From Bugula neritina (taxonomy: Eukaryota; Animalia; Bryozoa): DNA of 64,000 nucleotides. The position numbers were made by a program, and so were the translations under genes. Under the pieces are notes generated by a model that made no database searches, was not told the origin of the DNA, and was given only the letters and a program-made list of their open reading frames with translations. Where the stretch lies: contig OZ037770.1 in the NCBI GenBank assembly GCA_964035545.1, positions 10,112,973 through 10,176,972 of the forward strand, given 5' to 3'. Below, one piece after another: positions 39,601 to 53,176 of this stretch (position 1 is the first letter of the stretch; every line of letters starts with the position of its first letter).

Positions 39601-42600
39601 TATGCATTAACTGCTGCTAATACAGCCTGAATGTATATTAAATTATTACTCTATGTTATAGCTATCAAAGTAATTAGAGGACTGTTGCTTTGTTTTGTTT
39701 TCGATAATACATATATATCATAATTATTACCAGCATTAGCATGTGCCTAAAAGATAAACATTATTGTATAGCTTTTGCATACATACAAAAAACCCTAGCC
39801 AGGATCTAAACAGACTACTGTAAAAAGAGAGGCACACGTGTGTACACTTAGTATACCCCCCCCCCCCCCCCCCCCCCCGTAGTCAAGTTTAATAAAAATA
39901 TGCACCGAACTGGCCATCTACTAATTACAAACAGACATCAATTCTTCAGATACAAAATAACTAATTATATCCAAAAATCTACCCAGCAGTCTCAAGGCAC
40001 TACAATTATGCACTCAGTATATGCGTAAATATTTGCTAGTAATATTAATAATAGACTAATAATCAGTGATTTCGTAGAAGACTTGGCTGCAGGCAGGCAC
40101 ATGGTGTATTATAATAATTTTCATGCTTGGACTAAGATTATTACCATAAAACATTCTTTCTATCTTGTTAGTATAAATTTATAAAGAGGTTATTTCAATG
40201 GTATGATTTTGGCAAACAAAAATCTCAGATTTATTCAAGTGCTGGCTTTTCAAGCTCCATAGAACCTGTTCAATGCTAATGTATCAAATAAATTTATTTT
40301 AGTCTTTTACATAATTTGTCTCTTCTGAGGATTTTAATTATAATAAATCAAAATAAAATTGTTTCAAAACTAATTTAATAAAATATATTTATTTTTCTGT
40401 ATCATTGTTTTTTCTAGTATAATTCTCGCTACACTTTTGTCTGTTTTTATTATACAGTAAATTAAACTAATATTGTACTATTTAATACACAATAATGCAT
40501 TTGAAGCAAAACTGCTTTTTTATCAAACTTTCCACATTTTAACAAAAAGATATATTCTCACCTTTTAAAGTATGCATACAGGATAGCGTCATAGTGTGCT
40601 CTATGACATATATTGTCCAAGTATTAGTAACTTTTATAGAATTATTGTTGGTCACCTTTCACTGCCGTAGTCCTGTGCGGGTAGTGGGTTTTATAGAATA
40701 ATTGTATTGTTGATTAAAGTCAATGAAGTTATTAAAGATACACAGTGCAGGTATAAGAAGAAATGCTGCAGTTTGCACCAACCTATATTATATTATATGA
40801 TTACTAAATAATAGTGTAGAAATGAGTTAATGACAAAGTGAAAAACTTGAGCTGAAAAGTGAAAACCTTCATGATAAATGTTTTATTGATTTTTTTTAAA
40901 TGTCAAGTAAATCCAAATTTTCACTACTTCATTATTGCTAATTGAGCAATTAATAATGTATTAAGTTTACAGCATCAGTGGTCCTTAGTTTAACAACTTA
41001 ACAAAGTGCTTTAGTTTACTTCTTGATACGTGATATTACAAGTAGTTCAACTATTGCTAATTTTAATTTGAACGCCCTTAGTAGAATTGCACATAATGCA
41101 TGTAGACTTTAAACTTATTAATATAAAAATACTTTAAAATATTTTATAGCTTATAATGTTGTTTAAATTTTTTCATAGAAAAACTTCAATAATAAGCTTG
41201 AATCTTTTTGAGTGAATCGTTTTTTACTTATTGCATGTCACCTGTTGTCACCTGTCACCTACTGTCACTTAGTTGCTGTCGCCTACTGTCACCTGCTGTT
41301 ACCTACTGTCACCTGCTGTTACCTGTTAATGCTAATTACTAGCACTGTACTAGCAAGCAAAAGACACAGAAACAGTTTGTTTAAAATAAGATAAATAAAA
41401 ATGAATATACAAAAGTTTAATACACTAATACATAGATGCGTACAAATATTAATGTGTTGAACATATTATTATACTTATAATCTCAAGACTTTGAATAGAG
41501 TCAACTGTGATTAGTAAAGCGGTTTGAACTGCAACTTAGAAAAAAGAACTTTCTAGCAAATTACACCAACTACTTCAATTTGTGTAATTGCTCAGAAATA
41601 AATCTAAATTAAACTTTGTTTGACTCAATAATTATACATGGTCTGTTTCTTCTCTTGTTTATTGGTTGCCAAGCAACTTCCTTACATGGAAATATATTAT
41701 AATATGTAATACATATGTAATGCTTATAAGAAATTAATTAGGCTATATAACTAAAAAATTAATATGAATTTATATTATATGTAGTGACGTAGTGACAAGA
41801 TTATTTTAGAAGTTGAAATTTGAATATGCATCATTTTATAATTTATACATGGACAAGAATTATAAGTGTTTGCTTTCAGAGATGTTAAAATCCCATGTAA
41901 AAATATCGGTCTATATATATTCTCTTTAAAATATATTTTGGTTTATAAAACATACAATGATTTTAAATTGTTTCTCACAAAATTACTTTAGACAATAACA
42001 GATATATAATCACTATATAAGCATTCTATAAGCACCTATTCGCACTGTTAATTATAGCACTAATCAACAGCCCTTATTTTCATTGTAAAAACTACATTTG
42101 CTAGAAATTATAGCTCTAAGTATGAAGTTTATTGCAAACTGTTAAAAAACATTATAGCCAACACACAATCATGTATAGAACTAAAATGATTAAAAATTAT
42201 TCAGTTACCATATATCTAGTTGATTTGTAAATCTGACTGTATTAAGAGGGAAGGTAATTTGATATAAATATTGAATAATATAAAAATACTCCTAAATTAT
42301 ACAATTATATAGCACATACATTGTATATATATATATAAACTGCCAAACTGTATGTAATAAATATAGAAAAGAAAACTCCTAAACTATTATCAATTCAAAG
42401 TCTTAATTGCTTGTGAAACTTGGCTTATTTATTTCCGCATTTTATAGAGAGTTTAAATATTCAAGATGGAATAGTTTTTGAGAAAGAATTAAACAATTTT
42501 TATGAAGATACTGAATACTCTTTGTGCACATTATAGTATGGCTGTGAATTTAGAAGTTTAAATTGTGTGTTGCAACCATGATATAATTTTCAAGTGAACA

Positions 42601-45600
42601 GAAGTATATACTTACTATACGCACGTCTGTTGAAATATGTTTGAAACTTTAAAGCTGCTAAAATAATTGTTTGGGTGCTGATATGTTTTTATATTAGTAT
42701 TTTAGTGTGAAATTAAATAATTGTCTATTATATTATACTCTTTTTGTAAACATTAACTATTATCACAATAATATATTGTCTTAATATATTATAATACTAT
42801 AAAATACTTTACCAATACTTTGTACTAGTTCTTCTATTGTTATATTAAGTTTATTAATAACAGCAAATGAAAAGTAGTTTTGGATTAAAAAAACTACAAA
42901 TGTATTGTGGCGTTTGTAAAAAAAAGCAATTTAGGGAGTTGTTTCCACTGGTAGATAACAATCGACTTTGAGATTAGGCCCTTTTAGGCATATAAAATCA
43001 TGTTTTATTTGCAAGGAATATATAGTTTAAAGTAGAAACTATTTTCTAGTGATTTAGAGCAAGCTGGCTTATATGCTGTGTTTCTATTACTTGGCATATT
43101 ATGCAAATGGAGGCTATGAAATATGGATATTATGTGACGGATTAATTTGTGGTTGTGGTATGCTGTACTTATGGTCGTGGTTTTATTCAATGAAACTGTT
43201 TCCTAACATTGAACTATACCATACCGTGTATATTAGACCTTGAGTTTGAATCTCACAAAACCATTTAGGATGTCAAAAATGACATCCAGTCATAATTACT
43301 GAGAAGCACATAAAGATATGGTACATGATCAATATCTATTTAATAACAGACTTAAGAATAAAAGTTTAATAAATATATGTATGTCAGCTAAAACCTTTTT
43401 ATTTCATCATCTTATTGTAGTAACAAGTTTGAGATTGGTTAGCTCTATGTGGATATATAACATCACAAGCCATGTTCTTTTATATTAGCACTACTACGCA
43501 TATTACAAATATATCAAAGCAGAACACTTATCATGTAATGGTGACATGGGTATTGATTTTGTTGCAATTAGGTTTTGTCTGGTAATATTATACAGACACT
43601 GAATAGAAAATTAGTTTTTAAGTTTCAAATACTTCACAGATTTGCTGTAACAGCAAAGTTTCTGCACAGAATTCATCATTTCAAGATTAAGCTGTAGGTA
43701 AGTTTTCATTACACATAAATATATTTATAGCACACTATACTGCAGGAACTACCTAAAAGTTTTAGAAATTTATGGATTAAAACTTCACATTTATTTTTTA
43801 TTAGTTTTCTTGATGAAAATATTTAAAGGAAACTTTAGTTATTCGGCACTATTATTGCAATAATCATTTAATATTACAAAACAAACAATTAAGTGCTTTC
43901 AATAAACAAAATTACATAAAAACACCAAATAATTACCTGATTTCAAATATTTGTTTTTGTATTCTTTATTGCTAGCTGCTGCTAACTTTGTATAAATTTA
44001 GTCTAAAGTTACAACAACTTATAGTCTGAAGAAACATTATTATTTGAAATCAGTTTTTCTTGACTATAATTACTATCGAAGTATCCTGTAGGTATTATAT
44101 TTAATAACAGCTTTAAAGTTGGAATTATTGTCCAATGCCTATAAATATGTCTACAGAGTTTTATATTCTTACCATAAGGTCATAAGATCTGAATGGATTA
44201 TAATATTCTTAATTTAATTGAATTTGATTAAACAGAAACTACCATTTTCATTTTTGGAGTGCATGTGTTGACTATACTGCTAACAGAACAGAAATGTTAA
44301 ATTCACTCAAGGCCTGAGCACACATTGGCTAAATATCTAATGTCAGCCATTTTTAAAAATATCCAGGCTAGATGTCCATTGTTTTGTCAATGTGCGCCCG
44401 GACCTTTATGTGTTGAACCTTATAATCGTATAACTTTGGATGTCTTTTGGAAGTGCAGTTATGTATGCCACCAAAGTTTAATTTAAATATTTTTCTACAA
44501 TTAGATGATTTTAGTTCTGATAAGTCTCACGTCAATCAATCTGTTTAATATAAACAGTCTAGTAGGTCATTTTGAAATGATCTCTTTAAACGTCTCTTCT
44601 ACAACTATAAAGCTATAAATATAATCAGTTATATAGTTAGAATTACTTAACCATACCAGCTTTTTTCAAAATAAAAATAACTCACTGGAAAATATTACTA
44701 CCATCATTATAATTCACATTTTCAAATAAATAACCATGTGCTATATAATTGAGTATTAAAGTTTTATATAATCAAACAAATTTATGCATCATTGCATTGA
44801 AAGGTTATAAATGGTGAGAGAAGATTGGTAAATTTCAGTTTTGAAAAGTTATTTGTTTAAAACCTTAGGCAGTTTAAAATCTCTAAATTGGTTGCAACAC
44901 AAAAATAAAACTCATAGTAAAGGTTGCCAGGTTAGGTTTTACCACAATTCATACTGACAAGAAGTCTTGAGAAATTATCTTAAGAAGATATCCCTAGCTG
45001 GTCATAGTTTGTTCAATCAGTTTTGCATAATATATGTCATGCTATACACTCAATAAATTATTTATTTTTAAAAATAATAAGCACCCAACTATTAAGATTT
45101 GGTTGGCTTTAGTACGAAATAAGTTTTAAGGATTGTGCGCATCTTTTAATAAATATTATATTTGCAATCTAAAAGTTTCTGTTAAAGCCAAATGTTTTGC
45201 TTGCTTAATGTTGCTTGTAGCGATCTAAGATTTGTCTATGGTAAAAAAACATTCTGAATAAACAGACTTTTTATGTAGCAGACTATCAAAGTTCTTAAAA
45301 GTTACAACAATGTGAAATATAAGTGATCATCTTTATAATATTATATCGTGATATAACTAGGTAATGATTTACTAATGCACATGATAAATGAAAGACAACA
45401 TGTTAATTGCCAATATAATATTGGACATACGATTTAGGAGTATACATTATTATATGATGTCTTTTCTTAGCATGCGATATTACATTAGTAAGAAAAACTA
45501 GTGCACGGGCACCTAGAAGGTAACCACAATAATATAATATAATAATACAATACAATGTATAATATAATACAATAATATAATATGTTAATATTTAATGTAT

Positions 45601-46725
45601 AATATAATGTAATGTGTAATATAACAGGATGTATTGCAATGGATCTTATAATAGTATATAACATAGTATTAATATAAAAATAATATAATACCATGAATTA
45701 CAGGACATCACACAGCATGACCTCAACCAATTATATTATAGACTAGCAAAACAACTTTTGCATTTTAAAATTGGTTTCCTAGTACCTTTTTTATCAGTAG
45801 TTAAAGGTTAAGCACGTATTATATTATCATTACATAATGTTATAAGTTATAATTTTTTGCAAAACTTATGTGTATCTATATTTTCCGAAGTTCTGTTTTA
45901 CAAGCTATAAAAACAAAAACAATTTCAGCAGTTACTGCATATGCTTAGGTTCTAATTATTAATTCTATAATTTAAAGTTGAAATTTATTATATTTCAATA
46001 TATGTTGTACTTACATATGAATTTAATGACAAAATTTTAAATATAAGCTTAGGTTTAAAAACTCAACTTTATAAACTTTCGACTTAATTGCAATTGAATT
46101 TATCCTCCCACACACAATATATAATCAGAAGTCCATTATATCACAGGTATATTTAGATTTTATTGGCCGTTATCTGCTTAACTCATTTCACGAAGCTTAA
46201 ATTAGATATTTTTCCAATTTTCATGCTTGCGTGAGAATGCTGTTGCATGCACCTTTTGCCCATTTCTTTAGATATTTAGCCTAAGTTCCTAAGTATTGCT
46301 GCTAAAATCAACACTCCACAGTTACAATACAGCATATATAAAAGCTATAAACTTGTCTATATCAGGCTATGCCTGATAATTTAGCTAAATCAATAGTATT
46401 CATATGTTAATACCCCTAAATTAATTTTACACAACTTCAATAGAATAGAACATAATCTACGTTGACATTTCTAAGACATCTTGCCAAGTTATTGGCACGT
46501 GAATCTTTACCAACCTTCGATAAGCAGACACTAGTTTATAGATTAGTGCTGCCAGTTGCCGGAGATGTCTTGTGTAGCTGCCGGGTTAGCACTAGTGCTT
46601 TTGCTATGGCTTTTCGTGCTCCTTAAGATAAAATCTTAATTCCAGGTGAATATATTTTTGCATCGTGTAATATAATAGAATAATTCTAAACCTTCATTTA
46701 TGTTTTATATATACGCTCCGCATAT

Positions 46726-47030
46726 TCATCACATCTGGTCTATTTATATTTTATATCTGGGCTTTTAGTGATTTTTACCCCATAGTTTATTATCTTATAG
46801 GAATTGTGACAGGAAATGACATAAATGTATATCATGATGACATCTCGTTGAAACTTGAAATGATATTTTAATATAATATATTTTATACATATTTGGTATA
46901 TGATCTGTATAATCATCACACAGGGTCTATTTATATATCTAGGCTTACCTCATAGTTTACTTCTTAATGCAAGAGAGAGTGACATAAATTCATGTCTTGC
47001 TGACGTCTCATTGAAAATTGGAATAATTTT
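46726..47030. repeat. Diverged ~186-bp tandem duplication
   Basis: TCATCACA..GGTCTATTTATAT...CATAGTTTA...TGACATAAAT...TGACRTCTCRTTGAAA occurs twice (~46726 and ~46913). Confidence 0.7.
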
Positions 47031-48549
47031 TAAAGCTCAATAGAAAAATGATGTCCTAACTGTTTGCAGTTTCTATGAATGAGTTATTTTAAAGACTGTT
47101 TATTTAAAGTTACAATACATGCATAGTACTGTGACTGAATTGAAAGTCAAACTGAGTGATATGTTATTATGGTTTACGTTGGGCTACTATATCAACAACA
47201 CGAGTAAAACCAAATTCATTTTATGTTATTATGCGCTACTATTCCTATAAAATCATGCATAGAGTTGAAAGTGAAAAAGACTATCAAATGCTGTGTAGGG
47301 AGTTGTGTTTCCTTGTTGCCTTTTGGCTTTCAATGGAAACAACCTTAGTAATTTTGGTAATTTGTTATAATATTAGTTTGATATGCACTATAATTCTTAT
47401 AGTGCACTGAAGACTGTATAACATTATACAGCAGGTAAATAAATAATATGCGTTTCTAAATCTAGTCGGAGTTGTCACACTAATATTTCATACTCTCCTC
47501 AAACTGTAAAATGGCTTATACATAATATAACATTCAGTTGTAAATGCATGCAATGCAAAAGAAATCGATGAAACTGATCTTATACACAATGGTTAGATTG
47601 CTACCAACAATTCAAGGTATAACTCGCATTGTGCAATTTATCTCCCAACTGCGTATGTCTACATAACACGGGCAGCCGTAATCCATAATGGAATATTCTA
47701 GAATTCTATCAGCTTGAAATAGTTGCCATTCTTGCAATTCTTACTACTATATTTTCACTCTTTTTAATGTTGCTTAAAGTCAAAGATAAAAAAGAAAAGC
47801 TGAATTCATAAAAATAATGTAAAGAAATTACGTTATAGTAAACATAGGAGAAAAAACAATGGAAAATATAAAATTAATTTACTTGTGCGTGTCTGTGGCT
47901 TATAATTATTCTAATTATATAAACTTCTAAATATAACAGCTATAGATACAGTACAATCTCTACAGTTATTAACAATCTAAATATATAATAATAAGATTCC
48001 TTATGACTTCTACAAACTAAGTAACTTATAATTAAACATGCATAATAAACATTAACCTAGCTGTAAGGAGAAAAAAAACCCCTAGTTTCTAAATACGCTG
48101 TGTGCCTATAACTAAAGTTATTACATTGAAACCAGCATACAACACACGATACACATAATATACTGCAGTGTAGCAGTAGAAGAATAAGCTGTGTAATATT
48201 GTAATTATTAACTAAAATAATAATCCAAAATGTGTTCAACACTTGCTAATAGCAAAAACAAAGCAATATTTTTCTAATTAGCATAAATTAGTAGCTCACT
48301 CCCAAGTATAGATGCGTAGACCGTGTTATCAAGTCGTATATTAGTAGACTGCAATGCAAAGCCTTCTGAGCAATATTTAACATTAAACCATGCTAGTATG
48401 TCAAACAGCTTTTAGGAGAAAATTCTGAGAGGTGAGCAAATTCTAATTTCTAAAACATCTTTTATTTTGCTGCTCTATTTTACTCCTATGAGTAGCTGCA
48501 ACTTACCATAATATATTTGCATTATTAGCCTGTGTCTTGTGGTTTAAAT

Positions 48550-48768
48550 GTCTCACTCACTCATGAAGTTTATAATCGCTATCCCTGTGAGAAACCCCTG
48601 ATGGAAATGGTTTTTGTTGAAGTGGGCTAAAGACTTATTTAAATGAGGCACAGGAGCAATTATGACTGGATTCTTTTCCTAACATCACCAATAGCCTTTG
48701 TCCGGGTTCGAACCCATGGCTTTGTGTTTGTTAGACAAACGCTCTAACCCCTAGACTACGGCTGCTCC
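48550..48768 (-). mobile_element. Full-length tRNA-derived SINE with 17-bp TSD
   Basis: The - strand reads GGAGCAGCCGTAGTCTAGGGG (A-box-like) ... GGTTCGAACCC (B-box) ... (GAGT)n tail; TSD TGTCTTRTGGTTTAAAT at 48533-48549 and 48770-48786. Confidence 0.9.
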
Positions 48769-49512
48769 ATGTCTTATGGTTTAAATATTATCAGTTAAAA
48801 GTTGGTTTATTCAAAATATTGGTCTTGTAAAATGCTAAAGTTTTTGAACAGTGGTAAATTAAAATATTATGCTTGATGACTTTTATATGTTATGCTTGCA
48901 GATTAATAATATAATATAATATCTTACACTACATTTTTATATCAATTTGTATTCAGAGCCAATATTTTTCTAGCAAAAACTAAGAACTTTCCATTTTCTT
49001 TACTTTAAGCAGGTTGCATGAACAGAGTTAAGTACTGTTTGAGCTCAAGTTGCACTTTTATGCTGTTTCCATGACTACTAGTACCTTCAGTTTACACAGC
49101 CAAACTATCTGCTTGACTACATAGCTCTTCCTGTACAAATCCAAATCATAGCTGGCCTATATATATGCAGATTGCACCAAGAACAATGTGATAGTAGGGT
49201 ATATTTGAATAATGTATAAAACTGCTATAGTATGTTATTCAGTCGTTTCTGTGTTAATAACAAGGCTAGTTGAAAAGTTCTTAAACAATTTTCTCATTAA
49301 ATACCTATAGAGAAGAACTTGCGGATGAAGAACGCATCAACTATTTGGGAACTCAGCAACATTGTTGTTCTTTATTGAAAGGTTAAAACATTCATAATTA
49401 GTTTTTCAGCAACTAGTTCATAGCTCTAAACGTCTCTTTTTTCTGGGAAGCGAGTGAAATTTATTTTTGATCACTTGAGGAATATGTTTTTAAAAAATAA
49501 TAAAAAAAAATT

Positions 49513-49627
49513 TGTCAGGAGTGGGATTTGAACCCACGCCCACATTCGTGGACCAGAACACTACTACATTGATTCAATGTAAGGCATGCCTTGAGTCTGG
49601 CGCCTTAGACCACTCGGCCATCCTGAC
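49513..49627 (-). tRNA. tRNA-Leu(CAA) with a 31-nt intron (49559-49589)
   Basis: GTCAGGATGGCCGAGTGGTCTAAGGCGCCAGACTCAAG-[intron]-TTCTGGTCCACGAATGTGGGCGTGGGTTCAAATCCCACTCCTGACA; intact stems, long variable arm, intron at the canonical 37/38 position, T-run Pol III terminator immediately downstream. Confidence 0.96.
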
Positions 49628-49718
49628 TTCATGCATTGTCAAGTGATAACAGTGGACCAATCTCCAAGATTCAATATCCTTGCTATTTGGTTATGAATGA
49701 ATTTACTGCTACAAATAT

Positions 49719-52700
49719 GTGACCCGTCGCGACAAAACCGGGGATGTGGCGGCGTTTATAAAGTGTAGTAAATGAAGGTTTAATTTGGAAATACTTAAAT
49801 TTGAAATTAATTTCCAGTTTTTAGGTTTTGAACTTTTCTAATACAAAAGAATCCAAGGATTTCAAAAATCATACTTTCGTAAGCATTTGATGATTCCTTC
49901 AGCTCTAAAATTGCATTTAAAGTTGGTAACTAAGGCATTCAATTTTTTAAATGATGAAAAAATTGCGAAGTTATCAAGTAAAGAAAGAAGACAATTTTAG
50001 TCATTTTCATAGCGTGAGATCTTGTAAATTTTCTTTTTATCAAATGAATTCAGCTTACACCTCTTTCTTCGCATTGTCAGAAGCATCGTATTTAAAATCG
50101 AAGGCTAGCTTTAGTTTTTCATCGTGCTCCATCCAAAGTTAGCTTTTAAGTTACTGAGCTGTTTTGCCCTTTGGTGATAAATGCTAAACTTAATCTTTAT
50201 CTTTAGCGTTCAAGCTTGAAAATCACAACAATACAGGTAATTATACGCAAAACCATCATTTACGCAACTAACTTAGAATTGTTGCCAGGATTATTTGTAG
50301 TTATTCATACTGATAATATCACTAGGAGTATGTCTATTCTATACTAGTAGTAGTAGTAACTATTTAAATGACTCTCACTATGACTCACAGTTTGAGGTAC
50401 GGTTACTCATAATGTTAATCATAATGAATATCATTCATGATTTACTGATACTGGTATTTGGCAGTAAAACCAAATGTAGCTCATTAATAATAATAGTATA
50501 ACTTAAGTAATGATTAATAATTAAATTCACTATTTGAGTCTGACTCTGAGTTTCGCCTTACTTACTTGACTTACTTGAAGATGCAATCACATTAGACCAT
50601 TAGATTAGCGTAAGCACTTGATACTCATACTGATAGTATTATATTTATTGATTTATTCTATAGTTGATATTTAAATTTACATTGGAATTACTCTTGGTAA
50701 CTTTTAGCCTCTGTCTTAGATTTTGTCAATACAGTTACTGGTTACTATTACTATTAACATTAGGCCTACTAGTCAAACTACCGGTTCCTTTTGTGATTTT
50801 TAAATTAGCTCAAAGTTTGATTTAAAATATAATGATAAAATCTTGATCACATTATGCAGGCTTACAGTTACTGTCAAAACTCAATTGATAATCCGATTTA
50901 TATTGATAAAAGCATCACCTATAACCAAATTGAAATGGTAAATGTGATTAAATGTAAATGAGTATAATGATGAAATATTAATGCCAGTTCATGGTGATTC
51001 TATAGTTGACTGACTTAGTTCTTCAGTAAGTTACTTTTAGTCTTATTTAGTGAGTAGTAACACTAACTGAATGCATAAATAGTCTAAACTTTTAAATTTT
51101 ATTATAAAGGATGAGCAAAAATGTATTCATATTTTAAAGTAATTTATTGAATTCAAATTGATTTTATAGTAAATGTCTTCAATAGATTAAGTTGCACTTA
51201 GCTAGCTTTTTTACTCAATCAAATGCCTGAGTGGTTAATAGTTATCGAAAGACATTGCTTCAAAATTGCCAATTGCAGATATGCTAGATATTCAAGTGCA
51301 TAATGTGTAATTTTACTGATAATACTATGTTAATATAGAATAATCCGATATTCTGTACATTTTAGAAAGTGGACTTATGAGAGCATTAGAGTGAAGACTT
51401 ATACCTACACAACTCTACTACCTATCAATCTAACACTTCTAATGTAGACACTCTGAATTTTGGCTTGCAAGGTTATGGCTTCTGCTTATTTCATTCATAA
51501 AAAGGTTTGCAGTCTTTTAATGATGTGCTTGAAAATTTTCAACATTTTTTTCAATTTAAATTGTTCTGTTTAATTCAAAAAATTTAAATGTTGATAAAAT
51601 ACAGGATGACAACTAACTGCTGCTATAGTAGTACCACAAGAGCGTTTAACCAACTAAATTTTTATAATATAACTGCGTATAGTTTCTAATCAAGCTACCG
51701 TTTTCTTTTGTTATTTAAAAAAAGTCAACATTGTACTTGCAGCTCTGGAATAGACAATAGATGGGTAGATTGGCAGGATGGATGTCAAGTAGCAGCATCT
51801 ATAATTGCTATAAAATCAGCTGATGATAGTGATGAAGCTTTTGCCACATACATGATGTTATGTGTCCATACTCCGTAAACTCATATTATGAAGACTAAGG
51901 AAGTAGAAAGATGAAAAGTGCCTTTTTTGCAAAAACCGTAGAAGCTACCTAATTTTCTTTTCTTGATTAGAGTTAATTCAAGCATAATGATTGTATCCAG
52001 GCTGGATTTTTTACTGCATTTAATTAGTTTTTTAAAATAATGTATTTGATTTTTTAAATGTGAATTTTAATGCCTAATAAAACTCAAACGTTCTAATAGC
52101 TGATTTTATGTTTATATTTTCAACATTAATTGCTAAATTTAGTTGCCGTTAGAGATTATAAAGATATTTATGAATGAATCTCGAATGATCTCATAATAGT
52201 CAAATAATTTTCTCATAAGTGTTCTACTCATTAAGCAATAACTATGAAACAGCACAGCTCAATAGCTGCAGTTTGATATATTACACAATATATTAGAGGA
52301 GAGGAAGATATTCAATGTATAACAGGAAGCAGCTGCCCTTTTGTTTTATATGACTTCCTGCTGACTTGGATGCCTAATTTAAATATCTCAACACACAAAC
52401 TTGCTGAAACATCCTCTTCTTTGCTGGAATTGTTAAACCTTTCAATCATTAAACAAAGTAAACAGCAAATTGACAAATAAATTAGACAAAAAGTTTGGCG
52501 GCCATATTTGACCTAGTTTTATGTTGAGGCAGCATGAAATTTAGTTTAACAGAAAGCCCAAACTTTCACAATTATTTTGGTACCAAATTTGTCACCATTC
52601 CTATTATACGAAGACCCGTTGCTAAGGCTTGTAAATTGTAAACAAATAATTCTCAACTTATTCTAGAGTTGCCAACTTTAAATGCGATTTTCTCGAAACA

Positions 52701-52878
52701 GTAATTTAGAAATTCTAAAAACGTTAAAGTTTTTAAATACTAATATCTCGAGTTCTATTTATGCTAGAGACTTCAGATAAAGTGCAAAATGTTTGGAAAA
52801 GTCTGCTCTATCACCCCATAGTAATAACTAAGTTTTCAACACTATATATACATCCCTTGTTTTGTGGTGCCAGGTCAC
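49719..52878. mobile_element. Non-autonomous DNA transposon, 3160 bp, possibly Sola1-like
   Basis: Imperfect ~29-bp TIRs GTGACCCGTCGCGACAAAACCGGGGATGT and (reverse complement) GTGACCTGGCACCACAAAACAAGGGATGT; ATAT on both sides (49715-49718, 52879-52882), fitting an AWWT 4-bp TSD; no long ORF inside. Confidence 0.7.
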
Positions 52879-53176
52879 ATATAGAACAATTATTATTATA
52901 GTTTGTATGATTCACAGTAATCCATAATAAATTCATGAATACTACTAACTGCAAAAAATATTGAAGTGTTGTAGTTTACAAAAATTCAATATCACTGATC
53001 GATAGTTATGAAAATAAATGCTTATAATAACTAAATTTATATTCTGCAAAGCATTGGCTACTATATTTTGATGCATGAACAAAAATAGCATTTTTCACTA
53101 CTTAAAATATTCATTTTATAGCTTCAAAGTACTGAACAGTAAATCAAGATCAAGGAGTTGAGTGCCAACTTTCAGA

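Noticed and set aside
48690-48768. tRNA-like sequences here and at 35304 and 32990
   Set aside because: No complete cloverleaf; they are SINE heads joined to a shared body and TSDs.
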